From a bacterium (GTDB taxonomy: Bacteria; Patescibacteriota; Minisyncoccia; Phycocordibacterales; UBA2100), in assembly GCA_038128225.1 (NCBI GenBank), contig JAYPJF010000002.1, positions 191,751 through 255,750 of the forward strand: 64,000 nucleotides of DNA. The letters run 5' to 3'. Positions within the stretch are counted from its first letter, which is position 1. Each line of letters opens with the position of its first letter. The notes below the pieces were generated by a model. It saw only the letters and a program-made list of their open reading frames with translations, searched no databases and was not told the origin of the DNA. Below, in pieces: positions 29,248 to 39,935 of this stretch. A program made the translations under genes and the position numbers.

Positions 29248-29781
29248 CTACTTTTTGATCCGAGAACGGATCTTGGAATCATAGTTTCTTTCAACAATTG
29301 CCAGTATTACCATCCCTAATGCGGTTGCTATGCCCATTGCAACGGCGCCGACCACTGCGGGTCCCATATACAGATCAAATGTCACATGATGTGCAAAATC
29401 CGCGTCGAGTAAAAGGAACACAAAGACGCTACATATGATCTGCGAAAGACCATACAAAAGCGCAAAAAATACACCAGCGAACAGAGCGTTTTCGAGACAT
29501 TTTCCGCGCCCATCAAAGTACATCTCGATTCCTTGCAATCCAAGCGCCAAGTAGAAACTACACATTCCTCCAAGAAGTGAGCAGCCCGCGATTACTCGAT
29601 CCCAGCGATTCCTTATTAGCACCTCTTCGAGCAAAAGAAGAAATGCGGGTTTGTAGTCTGTTGGGAATCCACCTGGCAAAATGAAATACGCCGCACCTAT
29701 CACAAGAATGATTCCCGCAAGCGCAAGGAGACACATCCGGACTCCTTCCGCGAGTAATTTTTTGTTCAACTCCTGTTCCAC
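29248..29781 (-). CDS. orphan 4-TM membrane protein
   Basis: TTGCAA-N16-TAGAGT promoter, GGAGG SD. Confidence 0.6.
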   Translation of the reverse strand: MEQELNKKLLAEGVRMCLLALAGIILVIGAAYFILPGGFPTDYKPAFLLLLEEVLIRNRWDRVIAGCSLLGGMCSFYLALGLQGIEMYFDGRGKCLENALFAGVFFALLYGLSQIICSVFVFLLLDADFAHHVTFDLYMGPAVVGAVAMGIATALGMVILAIVERNYDSKIRSRIKK

Positions 29782-29871
29782 TTTTGCCTCCGCTTCTGGC
29801 CATCTACGGACACTGAAAGTACTCTACAATACTATTTTCAATTTGCAATATACGGTTTAGAAGCCCGCTCC

Positions 29872-31446
29872 TCACTTTGCAGCTACCTGCAAACGCCCAA
29901 GCAAAAAATTCCGATCAAGCGTGGCGAGAAACCACCCCGCCTGCGGGCCGGAGTCGCGGCCGAGAAACGCCTGGTAAATACCTCCGAAAAGCTGCTTCGC
30001 ATCCATCCCGAGCTCTGCTTTAAGCGCATGGAGATGCGCGTGCAACTCTGCCCCATCAATCACGTTGTGCGCTGCAACAAATACCGCGATTCGCGCGAAC
30101 GCGTCTTTTTGTAGTGCGGAAAACTGCTGCATTGAAGCGGGAGGCGTTTGCTGTAATTCAAACTTATACGCATCAGGCGCGTATGTTGACAGCCAGGTTT
30201 TTACATATGCCACACGCTCGTTAAGTACATCAATTTCACTGCTCGTGAGCGCCCCCCCTTTAAGCGCCGAAACTTCTTTTTCAAGATTAAGGTGTGGCAT
30301 CTGCGCCACAAACACAACAGTTGAAAAGCGCGGCAAGTACATGCGTTCAGGCGGTGTATGTGCATGCACGAGTTCAAAAAGTCGTGCGTCATCATCGGCC
30401 ACACCACTCCAGTATTTTTCTGCAATCTTGTCATACCAATCAAACCAGAGCGGAATTGTTTCGCCCGCAGGGTCGAGATTCATCGCGCGCTCCGGTTGTG
30501 CGCCGAGAAGCGCCAGTCGGAAGATGTGCTGGGGTACTAAATCGGAAACTTCTTTAGCAGAAGAACCACGCCCTTTCGATGATGACATCTTCGCACCGCC
30601 AACAAGGAAAAATTCATAGGGAATATCAAGCGGTGGTTCGTACCCAAACACATCTTTTGAGATGTGATTTGCTACATCACGAGACCCGCCGCGTGTGGAA
30701 TGATCTTTACCCGCGCCCTCGATATGCACGCCAACTACTTTCCATTTTGCCGGCCACTCAACTTTCCACGGTAGTTTTGCATTGCCGTTCCACGGTGTAT
30801 CACTTCCTTCGTAGCCACACCCTTCTGCACCGCCTGCGCCTGCAATGCACCGGTAGGAAACTTTTTCACCGTCAAACGTGTACGCATGCGTGGTACCGAT
30901 CTTGCCGCACTGGGCACACACCATAGAAACAGGCAGCCAGTCGTCTTTTTTTTGAGAACCTGAGACTTCTTTGTAAATGCGACGGATGTCAGCAGTGTGC
31001 TCAAGCGCTATTCGCAGCACGTCGTTCATCTTTCCGGAGAGATACAATTCACTTCCGCGATAAAACGTAGGTGTAAATCCCGCTTTCGTGATGACCTCGC
31101 AAAATTCAGCAGCATAAAATTCTGCAAAATTTTTTGCACGCCCATCCGGTGACGGTACGCGATTCAGTGGCATCCCAAGATACTGCTTCCATTCTGCCTC
31201 GGTAAGCATCGCCGGAATGCCATCCATTGGATCAAAATCGTTAATCTCATAACTAAAGAGTGCCTTAGTACCAGCGCGCGTGAGCACATCAGAAACCACG
31301 TCGTGAATCGCTACGCCGCGCATCGAGCCAACATGGACTCTACCGGATGCGGTTTTTTCATCACGTACAACAAGAACCTCCCCCGCGTCACTCTGCGCTT
31401 TAAATTTACGCCGCGCTTCTTCTTTTACCTTGTCTGCCCAGAACAT
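29872..31446 (-). CDS. lysS: lysine--tRNA ligase, class I
   Basis: MFWAD, ASGRVHVG (HIGH-like), KLPWKVEWPAKW, GKDH, KMSSSKG, GPQAGWF. Confidence 0.95.
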   Translation of the reverse strand: MFWADKVKEEARRKFKAQSDAGEVLVVRDEKTASGRVHVGSMRGVAIHDVVSDVLTRAGTKALFSYEINDFDPMDGIPAMLTEAEWKQYLGMPLNRVPSPDGRAKNFAEFYAAEFCEVITKAGFTPTFYRGSELYLSGKMNDVLRIALEHTADIRRIYKEVSGSQKKDDWLPVSMVCAQCGKIGTTHAYTFDGEKVSYRCIAGAGGAEGCGYEGSDTPWNGNAKLPWKVEWPAKWKVVGVHIEGAGKDHSTRGGSRDVANHISKDVFGYEPPLDIPYEFFLVGGAKMSSSKGRGSSAKEVSDLVPQHIFRLALLGAQPERAMNLDPAGETIPLWFDWYDKIAEKYWSGVADDDARLFELVHAHTPPERMYLPRFSTVVFVAQMPHLNLEKEVSALKGGALTSSEIDVLNERVAYVKTWLSTYAPDAYKFELQQTPPASMQQFSALQKDAFARIAVFVAAHNVIDGAELHAHLHALKAELGMDAKQLFGGIYQAFLGRDSGPQAGWFLATLDRNFLLGRLQVAAK

Positions 31447-31471
31447 AGAGGCATACTAGCAGAAGTGCAGA

Positions 31472-31942
31472 CTATTTCACGTTCACAATTTTATATTTTT
31501 GTCTTCCCTTTGGAGTTTCAAACTCAAATGACTCGCCTTTCTTTTTTCCCATCAGCGCCGCCCCCATCGGAGAAAGGTGTGAAATCTTTCGCTCGAGCAT
31601 GTTCGCTTCTGCAGAGCCCACGAGCTCATATGTATGTTCCTCTTTTTCTCCGACTTTTTGGATGACAACCTGACTCCCGAGAGTGACTTTTCCTCCTTTG
31701 GCTTTTTGATCGATAATCTGCGCATGTCCAAGCATCTCCTCGATCTGTCGAATGCGTTCTTCTGTTGCCGCTTGCAAGTCCCGCGCTTCTTGATATTCAG
31801 CGTTTTCCGAAAGATCACCAAGTGAACGAGCGTATTCCAGCTGTTCGGCAATCTCGCGACGACGTGTCGTTTTGAGATGATCCAATTCGGTGGTTAATTC
31901 GTCAAATTTTTCTTGAGTAAGATAATTATTGTCTTCAGTCAT
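31472..31942 (-). CDS. greA: transcription elongation factor GreA
   Basis: ARSLGDLSENAEY, ISHLSPMGAALMG. Confidence 0.96.
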   Translation of the reverse strand: MTEDNNYLTQEKFDELTTELDHLKTTRRREIAEQLEYARSLGDLSENAEYQEARDLQAATEERIRQIEEMLGHAQIIDQKAKGGKVTLGSQVVIQKVGEKEEHTYELVGSAEANMLERKISHLSPMGAALMGKKKGESFEFETPKGRQKYKIVNVK

Positions 31943-31990
31943 GTTGGCGCCATTGTATCGGTTCGCGGCAAGAGCGCAATGTGGACTGTA

Positions 31991-33655
31991 CTAGCGAATA
32001 TAGTCTGGCTTTTCGACGAGCAACCAATCAAAAAAAGGGCGCAGCCCTGGTGCTGCACCGGAAAGGGTACCCGCGGGAGCACGCTCGAGCACTACTGCAA
32101 ACGCATATCGCGGCGCCTCATATGGCCAAAAACCAACTACCCACGAGTTCATCCATTGTTTTTTGTTTCCTACTTCAGCGGTACCTGTTTTTCCAGCAAT
32201 GCGCATGTCGGGAAGATACAACGCTTGCGCGGTACCTCCCGGTTCAGCAGCTTTCTTCATGCCCTCACGAACGACAGAAAGATCCTGTGGTGTGATTGCG
32301 ATTTTAGTGCGCTCGGGTGTCGTACTCGCACGCACGTGCGGCGTGAGCAAGTCGCCCCCATTTGCGATCGCGGCGATTGCACGCACCATTTGTATGGGTG
32401 TTACTTGAAAGCCATATTGTCCGATCGCGGTATTATACGTATCGCCGATGCGCCATATTTCGTCTGCGCCAAACACTTCCTCCTTCCACTCAGGTGTAGG
32501 GATCACCCCCTCGGCCTCACCAGAAAGCGCAATCCCGGTCTCTGCCCCCAAACCAAACATCTGAGCATACGAGTCGAGTCGTGCAATACCAAGCCCTCGC
32601 TGGTCTTCGTAGCCGCCTCCGATTGCAAAAAAATACACATCCGACGAAACAGCGATCGCTTCTTGCATGTTGGTCCACCCGTGCGCACGCCAGTCCTTTA
32701 TGATTGTCGGCACATCAGGATTGTATGGATTTGGTATTGAGATAAAACCCGGGCTGAAAATCTTTTTTTCTGGGTCAATGATTTTTTCTGCCAAGGCAGC
32801 AGCTGCGAACAAAGGCTTTACTATGGAACCAGGCGCATACAACCCAGAGATTGCACGATTGAGGAACGGTGTACGCGTGTCGTTTGTATATGATTCGAGC
32901 GCTTCGCTATCACCTGATGTCAATGCGGCAAGATCGTAACTTGGAAAACTGGTGAGCGCGAGCAACTCGCCGCTGTGCACATCCATGATGATCGCCGCGC
33001 CGCCCTGAAACCCTTGCGCAACCGCATGCGCCGAAAGTTGTTCATATAATTTTTTCTGGACCTCATAGTCAATGGTGAGCGTGATATTTTCTCCATGTTC
33101 CGGCGGCTCAATTATTCCCCGCCGTTGCACAACATTATGCGCATCAACCTCAATCAATTCTCGCCCGTTCTTGCCAGAGAGAAGCTCGTCAAAAACTTGC
33201 TCAGCACCAGAGACTCCCGAAAATTCTGTGCGCCACCACAGACCTGAGGCGTCCTTTTTTGGATAGCGCACATACCCCATGAGGTGCGCAATACTTGGTG
33301 AATCTGCATAGCGTCGTTCAGCATACGGGAGTCCGTCTTGTGATTCATTCCACGCTAACTCCACGTGCGTCCGATCATACAGTACTCCCCGCACCGAAAA
33401 AAGGATCTGGTGCGCGAGCGTATTTCTCTCTGCTGCTTGTGCGAAAAAAGCGCCCTGCACAACTTGTAAGTATGCGGCGCGCCCCATAAAAACTAGCATG
33501 ACGAGCACAAACACCACTCCAATACCAAAGAGTGACCGCCGCGATACCGGCTGAATCACCCGACCTTCAAATTGCTCTATATCAAGGCCGGGCAAATTAG
33601 ACGCATCGAGAAGTACGTCACCCGGATCGATTTCATGTCGTGACCATCTCACCAT
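31991..33655 (-). CDS. mrdA: penicillin-binding protein 2 (class B)
   Basis: YAPGSIVKP (SxxK), SSDVYF, KTGTAE; downstream of mreBC. Confidence 0.9.
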   Translation of the reverse strand: MVRWSRHEIDPGDVLLDASNLPGLDIEQFEGRVIQPVSRRSLFGIGVVFVLVMLVFMGRAAYLQVVQGAFFAQAAERNTLAHQILFSVRGVLYDRTHVELAWNESQDGLPYAERRYADSPSIAHLMGYVRYPKKDASGLWWRTEFSGVSGAEQVFDELLSGKNGRELIEVDAHNVVQRRGIIEPPEHGENITLTIDYEVQKKLYEQLSAHAVAQGFQGGAAIIMDVHSGELLALTSFPSYDLAALTSGDSEALESYTNDTRTPFLNRAISGLYAPGSIVKPLFAAAALAEKIIDPEKKIFSPGFISIPNPYNPDVPTIIKDWRAHGWTNMQEAIAVSSDVYFFAIGGGYEDQRGLGIARLDSYAQMFGLGAETGIALSGEAEGVIPTPEWKEEVFGADEIWRIGDTYNTAIGQYGFQVTPIQMVRAIAAIANGGDLLTPHVRASTTPERTKIAITPQDLSVVREGMKKAAEPGGTAQALYLPDMRIAGKTGTAEVGNKKQWMNSWVVGFWPYEAPRYAFAVVLERAPAGTLSGAAPGLRPFFDWLLVEKPDYIR

Positions 33656-33678
33656 GAGGCGAGTATATCAAACGCGCT

Positions 33679-33933
33679 CTACAAAGAGAGCTGCCGACGA
33701 AATGGCTCGAACCCGATAAGCGCGAGCCCCAAAAGCATTGTTGCCGGCAAGGGCACCCCATAAAAACCGGCCGGCCCGAGGTACAATAAGTCGATCAGTA
33801 GCCCAACGCCGATTACTTCCCATGCGCGATATCGAAGCGTGAGTATTCCTGAAAGAATAAGTGGGAGCCATGGCGGCGCAAGAAAAACACTCGCACATGC
33901 GCCAATCGTGAGCACTACGCGAATGCGCGTCAT
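33679..33933 (-). CDS. small membrane protein in the mreD position
   Basis: 84-aa hydrophobic ORF between mreC and mrdA, GLLIDLLY. Confidence 0.55.
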   Translation of the reverse strand: MTRIRVVLTIGACASVFLAPPWLPLILSGILTLRYRAWEVIGVGLLIDLLYLGPAGFYGVPLPATMLLGLALIGFEPFRRQLSL

Positions 33934-34712
33934 AAGCGAGGCGTGAGTAGAACAACGTTGATTGACTGAATTGCAAACGGTAAGCCAATCAGTACTTTTT
34001 TCGTAGGTTCTGCAGAATCTTCAGTGATCGCTGCAATAGTGCCCACAGTCGCATACGTATCAGCGAGCAGTACGGTTTGGCCAATGTTCGCCGCGAGTGC
34101 CCGCGGTACCAGTATTTCAGCATTGTTGCTACCTCGTCCTACCATTTCAAGATTTGCGGCTCCGGGTATATCAACGGTCGTTTTAACTCCTGGCGCAGTA
34201 AACAATTGCACCAGCGCGGTAGACTCATGCACTTCAACAACACTCCCAATCGCGATGCGCTCACCAACAAGCACAACATCATCACTATGAACTTCAGAAC
34301 CCGGCGCAAACGCAACAACGATCGTCCCGTACGGTGAATGCGCGGGATTTGATACTACACGTGCACCGATGCCAGAAGATGTCGCTGTTTGCATACGCAA
34401 CAATTCGCGTAGCGCCGCGTTTTCTGTTTTAAGTACATCATTTACCACAATACTCCACTGTGCATTCTTGACCTCCTCTTGTAGCCGCGCATTATCCGCT
34501 ATAAGCGACGCCTCGTTCGTTAGTAGTTTCGAGTTTCCGACCGCTTGAACTGCAGAGGCATATGAGCTCCACAACACTGTGGCACCAGTGCGCGCAGCGC
34601 CGCGCGCCAGGTCGCCCCAAAAAAAGACCGTGAACGACAGTACGCCAATAGCCAAAATCGCAACGAGCGCTTGCGTACGTTCTGGTTTTCTATTGGGTAG
34701 GTACGATCTCAT
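33930..34712 (-). CDS. mreC: rod shape-determining protein MreC
   Basis: TM, coiled coil ENAALRELL, ARVV..PYGTIVV, IGSVVEV; follows mreB. Confidence 0.85.
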   Translation of the reverse strand: MRSYLPNRKPERTQALVAILAIGVLSFTVFFWGDLARGAARTGATVLWSSYASAVQAVGNSKLLTNEASLIADNARLQEEVKNAQWSIVVNDVLKTENAALRELLRMQTATSSGIGARVVSNPAHSPYGTIVVAFAPGSEVHSDDVVLVGERIAIGSVVEVHESTALVQLFTAPGVKTTVDIPGAANLEMVGRGSNNAEILVPRALAANIGQTVLLADTYATVGTIAAITEDSAEPTKKVLIGLPFAIQSINVVLLTPRL

Positions 34713-35769
34713 CGTCAGAAGTTAGCAAAGATTCACGATACTGTTCCAAGTCGTCGAGAATTGATGCGGTACCGCGAACCACCGCAGTAAGCGGATCCTC
34801 TGCTACACGCACAGTAACACCAAACACTTCTGTAAGCAGTACAGGAAGCCCCCGCAAAAGCGCTCCACCCCCTGCCAGGTATACTCCCCGCTGCATAACA
34901 TCGGAGAGTACCTCAGGCGGCGTCGCTTCAATTGTTTCTTTTATGGCATCAACAAGCTCTTCAATCGAATGTAAAATTGCATGTCTCACATCGCGGTCAG
35001 TTACATCAACTTCGCGCGGCAACCCGGAAACCAAATCACGCCCCCGCACCTTTGTGGTGAGAGGCGCTTCTAATTCTAACACGGACCCCACATTGATTTT
35101 TACCTCTTCTGCTGTTTTTTCACCGATGACCAATTTAAATTCGTTCCTGATATGCGCAATAATGTCGGTGTTTAATCGATCACCCGCAATGCGTATGTTC
35201 CGCGCACCGACGAGCCCCCCGAGGGAAACTATGCCGATGTCAGTGGTTCCACCACCAATGTCAATCACCATACTTCCTGTCGGAGCATGCACCGGCAATC
35301 GAATGCCGATCGCCGCTGCCATAGGTTCTTCAACGATATACACTTGCCGTGCGCCAGCGTTGTGCGCCGCGTCACGAACAGCTCGCACTTCTACCGAGGT
35401 GATCCCGGACGGCACACCAATAACGACCCGCGGCCCAAGTAGTTTAGTGTGTTTATCTTGCGCTTTGTGGAGAAGATACGAGAGCATTTCTTCAGTGATT
35501 TCGAAATCAGAGATGACTCCGTCAATCACCGGCCGTACCGCGTCAATGTGTGGCGGGGTGCGCCCGAGCATTTCTTTCGCTTGGGTGCCAACCGCAACTA
35601 CCTGGCCGGTTTTTCGATTAATTGCAACAATCGAGGGTTCGTTGATAACAATACCGCGTCCTTTCACATACACGAGCGTGTTTGCAGTCCCGAGATCAAT
35701 GCCGATATCGTTAGAAAACGGCGCAAGCACCCGATCGAGCCATCGTCCAACTGTGCGTCGTCTGCTCAT
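34690..35769 (-). CDS. mreB: rod shape-determining protein MreB
   Basis: IGIDLGTANTLV, EEPMAAAIG, DIGGGTT, GGGALL. Confidence 0.96.
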   Translation of the reverse strand: MSRRRTVGRWLDRVLAPFSNDIGIDLGTANTLVYVKGRGIVINEPSIVAINRKTGQVVAVGTQAKEMLGRTPPHIDAVRPVIDGVISDFEITEEMLSYLLHKAQDKHTKLLGPRVVIGVPSGITSVEVRAVRDAAHNAGARQVYIVEEPMAAAIGIRLPVHAPTGSMVIDIGGGTTDIGIVSLGGLVGARNIRIAGDRLNTDIIAHIRNEFKLVIGEKTAEEVKINVGSVLELEAPLTTKVRGRDLVSGLPREVDVTDRDVRHAILHSIEELVDAIKETIEATPPEVLSDVMQRGVYLAGGGALLRGLPVLLTEVFGVTVRVAEDPLTAVVRGTASILDDLEQYRESLLTSDDEIVPTQ

Positions 35770-35771
35770 AG

Positions 35772-37028
35772 TTATTGTGCATTAACATAATCAACGAGCG
35801 CGGGTTCAGGCATAAATTGCGTTTGTCCGCTCGCTCGATTCGTAACCTCCACGCCGCCTTCAGCAATAGTCTTTTCAGAAATAACCACGCGCGTCGGAAT
35901 ACCTATAAGATCCGCGTCTGCAAATTTTTCTCCAGCGCGAACATCGCGATCGTCGTACAAAACGTCAACGCCGCTTTCAGTGAGTTCGTCATACAGTCGA
36001 TCTGCCTCAGATGCAACTGCCGGATTTTTTCCCACGATGGAAATAAGGTGTACAGGAAACGGCGCGAGTTCTTTTGGCCACACCATGTTCTCTGCGGTGC
36101 CAAGCACCTCGGCGACCGTACCCATAAGCCGATTGGGGCCGATGCCGTAAGAGCCCATAATAACCGGTTGGCTGTTCCCATTTTCGTCTTTAAATGTGAG
36201 GTTGAGCGCGCTCGAAAATTTCGTGCCAAGTGAAAATATATTTCCAACCTCAATAGACGTGCGCTGTTCCAGTTCGTCGCGAGTCACGCCTAATTCAGAA
36301 AGATCTGCGGCGCCAAGAACCTCTTCGTTTACCGCGACACCTTTTTTTTCATTGACATAAATAACATCTTCGCCGGCGTCTGAAAGCGTCTGAAACTCGT
36401 GGCTAAATTTTGAAAACGCACCCCCTGAAGCGAACGTGCGGTATGTTTTGTGCCCTATGCCCGCGCGCGTGAACACCCGCATGTACGCAGCAGCGCACTT
36501 CTCATAAAAATCAGTATGTTCTTTTTCGGTCCGGGAAAAAGAGTACAAATCTTTCATGAAAAACTCCCGTGTGCGCATAATTCCGCTCTTTGCGCGCACT
36601 TCATTGCGAAACTTATTTTGTATATGGTATGCGTAGAGCGGCAAATCTTTATACGACTGAACGTATTCAGTCATAATCCCGGTGATAGTCTCTTCATGCG
36701 TCCATGCAAAACCCACTTCTCCACCTGCCTTAAGTTCAGATTTGAACCACACATCCACAACGTCGTCATCCCAGCGGTTAGTTTTTTTCCAGATTTCAGG
36801 GTTTTGCAGCGAGGGCATAAAAAACTCCTGGCCACCGATTCCGTTCATTTCCTCGCGAATAATGCGCATGCCATTCTCTAAAACCCGAAGCCCGAGCGGC
36901 AAATAGGAATACACACCCGCCATCTCTTTATGAATGAAGCCCGCGCGAATTAAAAGCTGCGCGTTTTTCGAGACTTCGTCTTTCGGCGCTTCTTTTCTGG
37001 TTTTGGTAAAGAGATGCGATTGCCTCAT
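35772..37028 (-). CDS. proS: proline--tRNA ligase (short form, no editing insertion)
   Basis: MRQS, LLIRAGFI, THEE, KFRNEVR, REFFMKDLYSF, GSYGIG, GEKFADADLIG. Confidence 0.95.
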   Translation of the reverse strand: MRQSHLFTKTRKEAPKDEVSKNAQLLIRAGFIHKEMAGVYSYLPLGLRVLENGMRIIREEMNGIGGQEFFMPSLQNPEIWKKTNRWDDDVVDVWFKSELKAGGEVGFAWTHEETITGIMTEYVQSYKDLPLYAYHIQNKFRNEVRAKSGIMRTREFFMKDLYSFSRTEKEHTDFYEKCAAAYMRVFTRAGIGHKTYRTFASGGAFSKFSHEFQTLSDAGEDVIYVNEKKGVAVNEEVLGAADLSELGVTRDELEQRTSIEVGNIFSLGTKFSSALNLTFKDENGNSQPVIMGSYGIGPNRLMGTVAEVLGTAENMVWPKELAPFPVHLISIVGKNPAVASEADRLYDELTESGVDVLYDDRDVRAGEKFADADLIGIPTRVVISEKTIAEGGVEVTNRASGQTQFMPEPALVDYVNAQ

Positions 37029-37088
37029 GTTCCGCTATTGTACGCGGGTTTGAAAAATCGCCAAATTGACAGTTCTAAAATTTGAGGT

Positions 37089-38186
37089 TTACACCAGCAG
37101 GCGCACAATGTCGTTGTAGGTTACCGCAACCATCAAGAAAATAATGAGCGCGAATCCAAAGGTGTTAAACACGCGCGAGACGATTGCGGGAATACGGCGT
37201 TGGATGACTGCTTCAATACCTACAAACAACAAGCGTCCGCCGTCGAGCGCCGGGATCGGTATGAGATTCACGATCGCCAAGTTCAAGGAAATGAACGCTG
37301 CAAGACTGAGTAAATACCCAGCTCCATATCCAGCTGCTCCTCCTACCACATCAACAAGACCGACCGGTCCGACCAAGGCCGTAATGTCTGGTTTCCCAAA
37401 TACGGCATCGCGCACCAGTGCACCAAGACTTACCGCAACCGTTTTGAGTGCGCTCCACGTATGACCAAAAGAAGCAGAAAGCGCTTCCGCAAAAGTGAGT
37501 TTCTGCTCGGCGACAAGTGCAAGTGCCACCCCAATCGCAGGACGCCCCGCCTCTTGTGCAAGAACTGCGTGCGCCGGCACGAGTGCGACCGTGCTCGATT
37601 GTGTACCACGCACGTACGCAAGTTCGATTGGTTTACCCGGATGTGTTTCAATAAATGACACTACGCTTTCGGGAGTAAGGACGGTTATTTCTTCTTTCGT
37701 TTTCGGGTCCGCGAGATACACGATGGTATCACCTGCACGCAGACCGCTTTGTGCCGCTGGCGAATCCGACACAACGCTGCTTATCATCAGGCGCGCGCCT
37801 TCGGTGCCCTCAGGAACCACTGTGGTTGTCCCGCTCATAAACGCCCCAACAAACAAGAGCCAGCCCACGAGGACGTTTGCGAGTACTCCCGCAGCAAGAA
37901 TAATCGCTTGATGCCCTTTCGGCGCTGCGGCAAAACCGCCGACTTTCAAACGGGTTTCTTCCGACCGAGGAGGATCTTCTTCAAGGAGTCGTACGAATCC
38001 GCCAAACGGAAGCCAGTTAAGCGTGTATTCGGTCCCGCGCCACTTTCCAAGCGAAAAAGCGCGCGGTGGATATCCAACTCCAAACTCTTCCACGGTGACT
38101 TTAAAAAACTTTGCAGTAATAAAATGCCCAAACTCATGCGCAACAATGAGCGCGACAAGTATGACGATGACTATAAGTACAGCCAT
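37089..38186 (-). CDS. rseP: RIP metalloprotease RseP (M50, PDZ)
   Basis: HEFGH, GGFVRL, NLIPIPALDGG. Confidence 0.93.
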   Translation of the reverse strand: MAVLIVIVILVALIVAHEFGHFITAKFFKVTVEEFGVGYPPRAFSLGKWRGTEYTLNWLPFGGFVRLLEEDPPRSEETRLKVGGFAAAPKGHQAIILAAGVLANVLVGWLLFVGAFMSGTTTVVPEGTEGARLMISSVVSDSPAAQSGLRAGDTIVYLADPKTKEEITVLTPESVVSFIETHPGKPIELAYVRGTQSSTVALVPAHAVLAQEAGRPAIGVALALVAEQKLTFAEALSASFGHTWSALKTVAVSLGALVRDAVFGKPDITALVGPVGLVDVVGGAAGYGAGYLLSLAAFISLNLAIVNLIPIPALDGGRLLFVGIEAVIQRRIPAIVSRVFNTFGFALIIFLMVAVTYNDIVRLLV

Positions 38187-38187
38187 G

Positions 38188-38739
38188 CTACTGTGTCATT
38201 TCCTGTTCTTTCTTTTTAAACTGTTCTTCAAGCGCATTGTTCGCCGCATCAACTTTCTTTTGAATTTCATCTTTCAAACGAAACTTGTCATCTTCACTCA
38301 TGCCGCCTTCGCGCTCTTGCGCCTGCACACCACTCCATACCTCGTCACGTGCCGCGCGCACTGCCACACGCGCCTCTTCCAGTTTCTGTTTTGCGAGCTT
38401 CACAAATTCTTGGCGCCGCTCACTGGTAAGTTCGGGAAAGGTGACTCGAACCGTTGCATCAGACGAGGAAACACCGAGACCCAAATCTGCCGCAGTGATT
38501 GCCTTCTCGATTTCTTTTGAAAGTGACGCATCAAACGGTGCTACACGAAGCGTCCTTGAATCCTCAACCGACACACTTGCTACTTGCTTTAGCGGCATAC
38601 TTGACCCGTAGGCACTCACCTGCACGCTATCAAGGATGACTGGCGTCGCCCTTCCTGTTCGAAGTCCCTGATATTCGCGGCTTAGCCACTCGCGGGCTTC
38701 GGTCAATTTCTTATCAAATGGTGCGAAGTTGTGATTCAT
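38188..38739 (-). CDS. frr: ribosome recycling factor
   Basis: LRTGRATP, PELTSERRQE, ARVAVR. Confidence 0.96.
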   Translation of the reverse strand: MNHNFAPFDKKLTEAREWLSREYQGLRTGRATPVILDSVQVSAYGSSMPLKQVASVSVEDSRTLRVAPFDASLSKEIEKAITAADLGLGVSSSDATVRVTFPELTSERRQEFVKLAKQKLEEARVAVRAARDEVWSGVQAQEREGGMSEDDKFRLKDEIQKKVDAANNALEEQFKKKEQEMTQ

Positions 38740-38766
38740 AGTGCGAGTATACGAGTTCATGTGCGC

Positions 38767-39390
38767 TCACACAAGAAGCGCGACGTGCTCAAGTAATATT
38801 TTTGCCGAGGCACCTGTTTGCGTCAGGTATCGCTTTGCATCATACACGGCGCGCATTGCACTAGGTGCTGGTGACTTTTTCGCAAGCGCTGTTTCTAGTG
38901 CATTAAGAAACACAAGCGCCTGACTGGAGCCAAACGCGTCATCTCCGACCATTTCCTTGATTTGATCCAGGCGCTGCGTCTTGCTCGCGCTTAAAAAACC
39001 TGAAACATCAGGTGCGCTGCACGTTCCTTCCAGCATCTGTACGCGCGAACGAAATGTTGGCAAAAGCCGATCGGGCTGCAGTACAAAAAGGAAAAACTGA
39101 GAACTCGCGGGTTCTTCAAAAGTTTTGAGAAGTGTATTTTGGGCATCGGCACTCATTGTTCCAGCGCTCATAATAAAAATGTTTTTATCGTTCTGAAGTG
39201 GGTGTAAAAGAGCGCGATCGCGAAGTGCGCGAGCTTCGGTGACTCCGCACGACTCAACATGGTCGACGAAAAAATCAGGGCTCTGTGCTTCAATCACCTT
39301 TTCCTCAATGAGGTGCTCGCGTAACCGCTCTGCTTCCGCTCTGCCACCAGTGCCTATGTATGCATGATGTTCAAACGAAGTGGGCCACAT
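38767..39390 (-). CDS. holB: DNA polymerase III delta' subunit-like protein (short)
   Basis: AQNTLLKTFEEP, LLPTFRSR. Confidence 0.75.
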   Translation of the reverse strand: MWPTSFEHHAYIGTGGRAEAERLREHLIEEKVIEAQSPDFFVDHVESCGVTEARALRDRALLHPLQNDKNIFIMSAGTMSADAQNTLLKTFEEPASSQFFLFVLQPDRLLPTFRSRVQMLEGTCSAPDVSGFLSASKTQRLDQIKEMVGDDAFGSSQALVFLNALETALAKKSPAPSAMRAVYDAKRYLTQTGASAKILLEHVALLV

Positions 39391-39470
39391 GGGTACAGTG
39401 TACCAAAAGAGGCACCCCCGCAGCTGCGGGGGTGTCGAATTCTCGCCAGGAACGACAAATTCTTCTTTTT

Positions 39471-39788
39471 CTAGGATCCGGGCCGCACTTTCGTTGTCTC
39501 GTCACGCTTGATCACGAAGCCTGGCGGGCATAGCCAGAGTTTCTCAGTCTCCTCGTAAACGCAGCGCCCGTCATCCTTTTCGGCTCTGACGATGCTGCTG
39601 GAGGACAGCCAATTCAATCTCATGACGTACTTGACGCCATTAGGGCATACCCATTCCTCCGTTTCGCCTCCGATCAGTTTCCAGTAAACGTACGTACACA
39701 CCTCCACATTGAGTCCTGTTACAACAGGTTCCTCTGCAGACGCCGCAGTGGCGGCGAGCGCAAACGCCAGTGCAAGAGTGTTCCTCAT
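39471..39788 (-). CDS. orphan secreted Cys-containing protein
   Basis: signal peptide, TTGATA-N16-TAAAGT promoter, AGGAGG SD, hairpin at 39412-39436. Confidence 0.65.
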   Translation of the reverse strand: MRNTLALAFALAATAASAEEPVVTGLNVEVCTYVYWKLIGGETEEWVCPNGVKYVMRLNWLSSSSIVRAEKDDGRCVYEETEKLWLCPPGFVIKRDETTKVRPGS

Positions 39789-39935
39789 TTTTTCCTCCTT
39801 CTATCCCAGCCAACGGGTACTTTACAACTGTCTGCACTTATATCAAATGCATGCGTCCAGCTCACCTACACACGTCTACAAGCTTTAGTGCCAAACATTT
39901 CAAGGTAGTAAATAGAGGACGACTCAAAAATCTAT

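Noticed and set aside
34943-35785. Long antisense ORFs (also 31913-32740, 30065-30619, 14306-15379, 7571-8107)
   Set aside because: They lie opposite well-supported genes and show no protein motifs.
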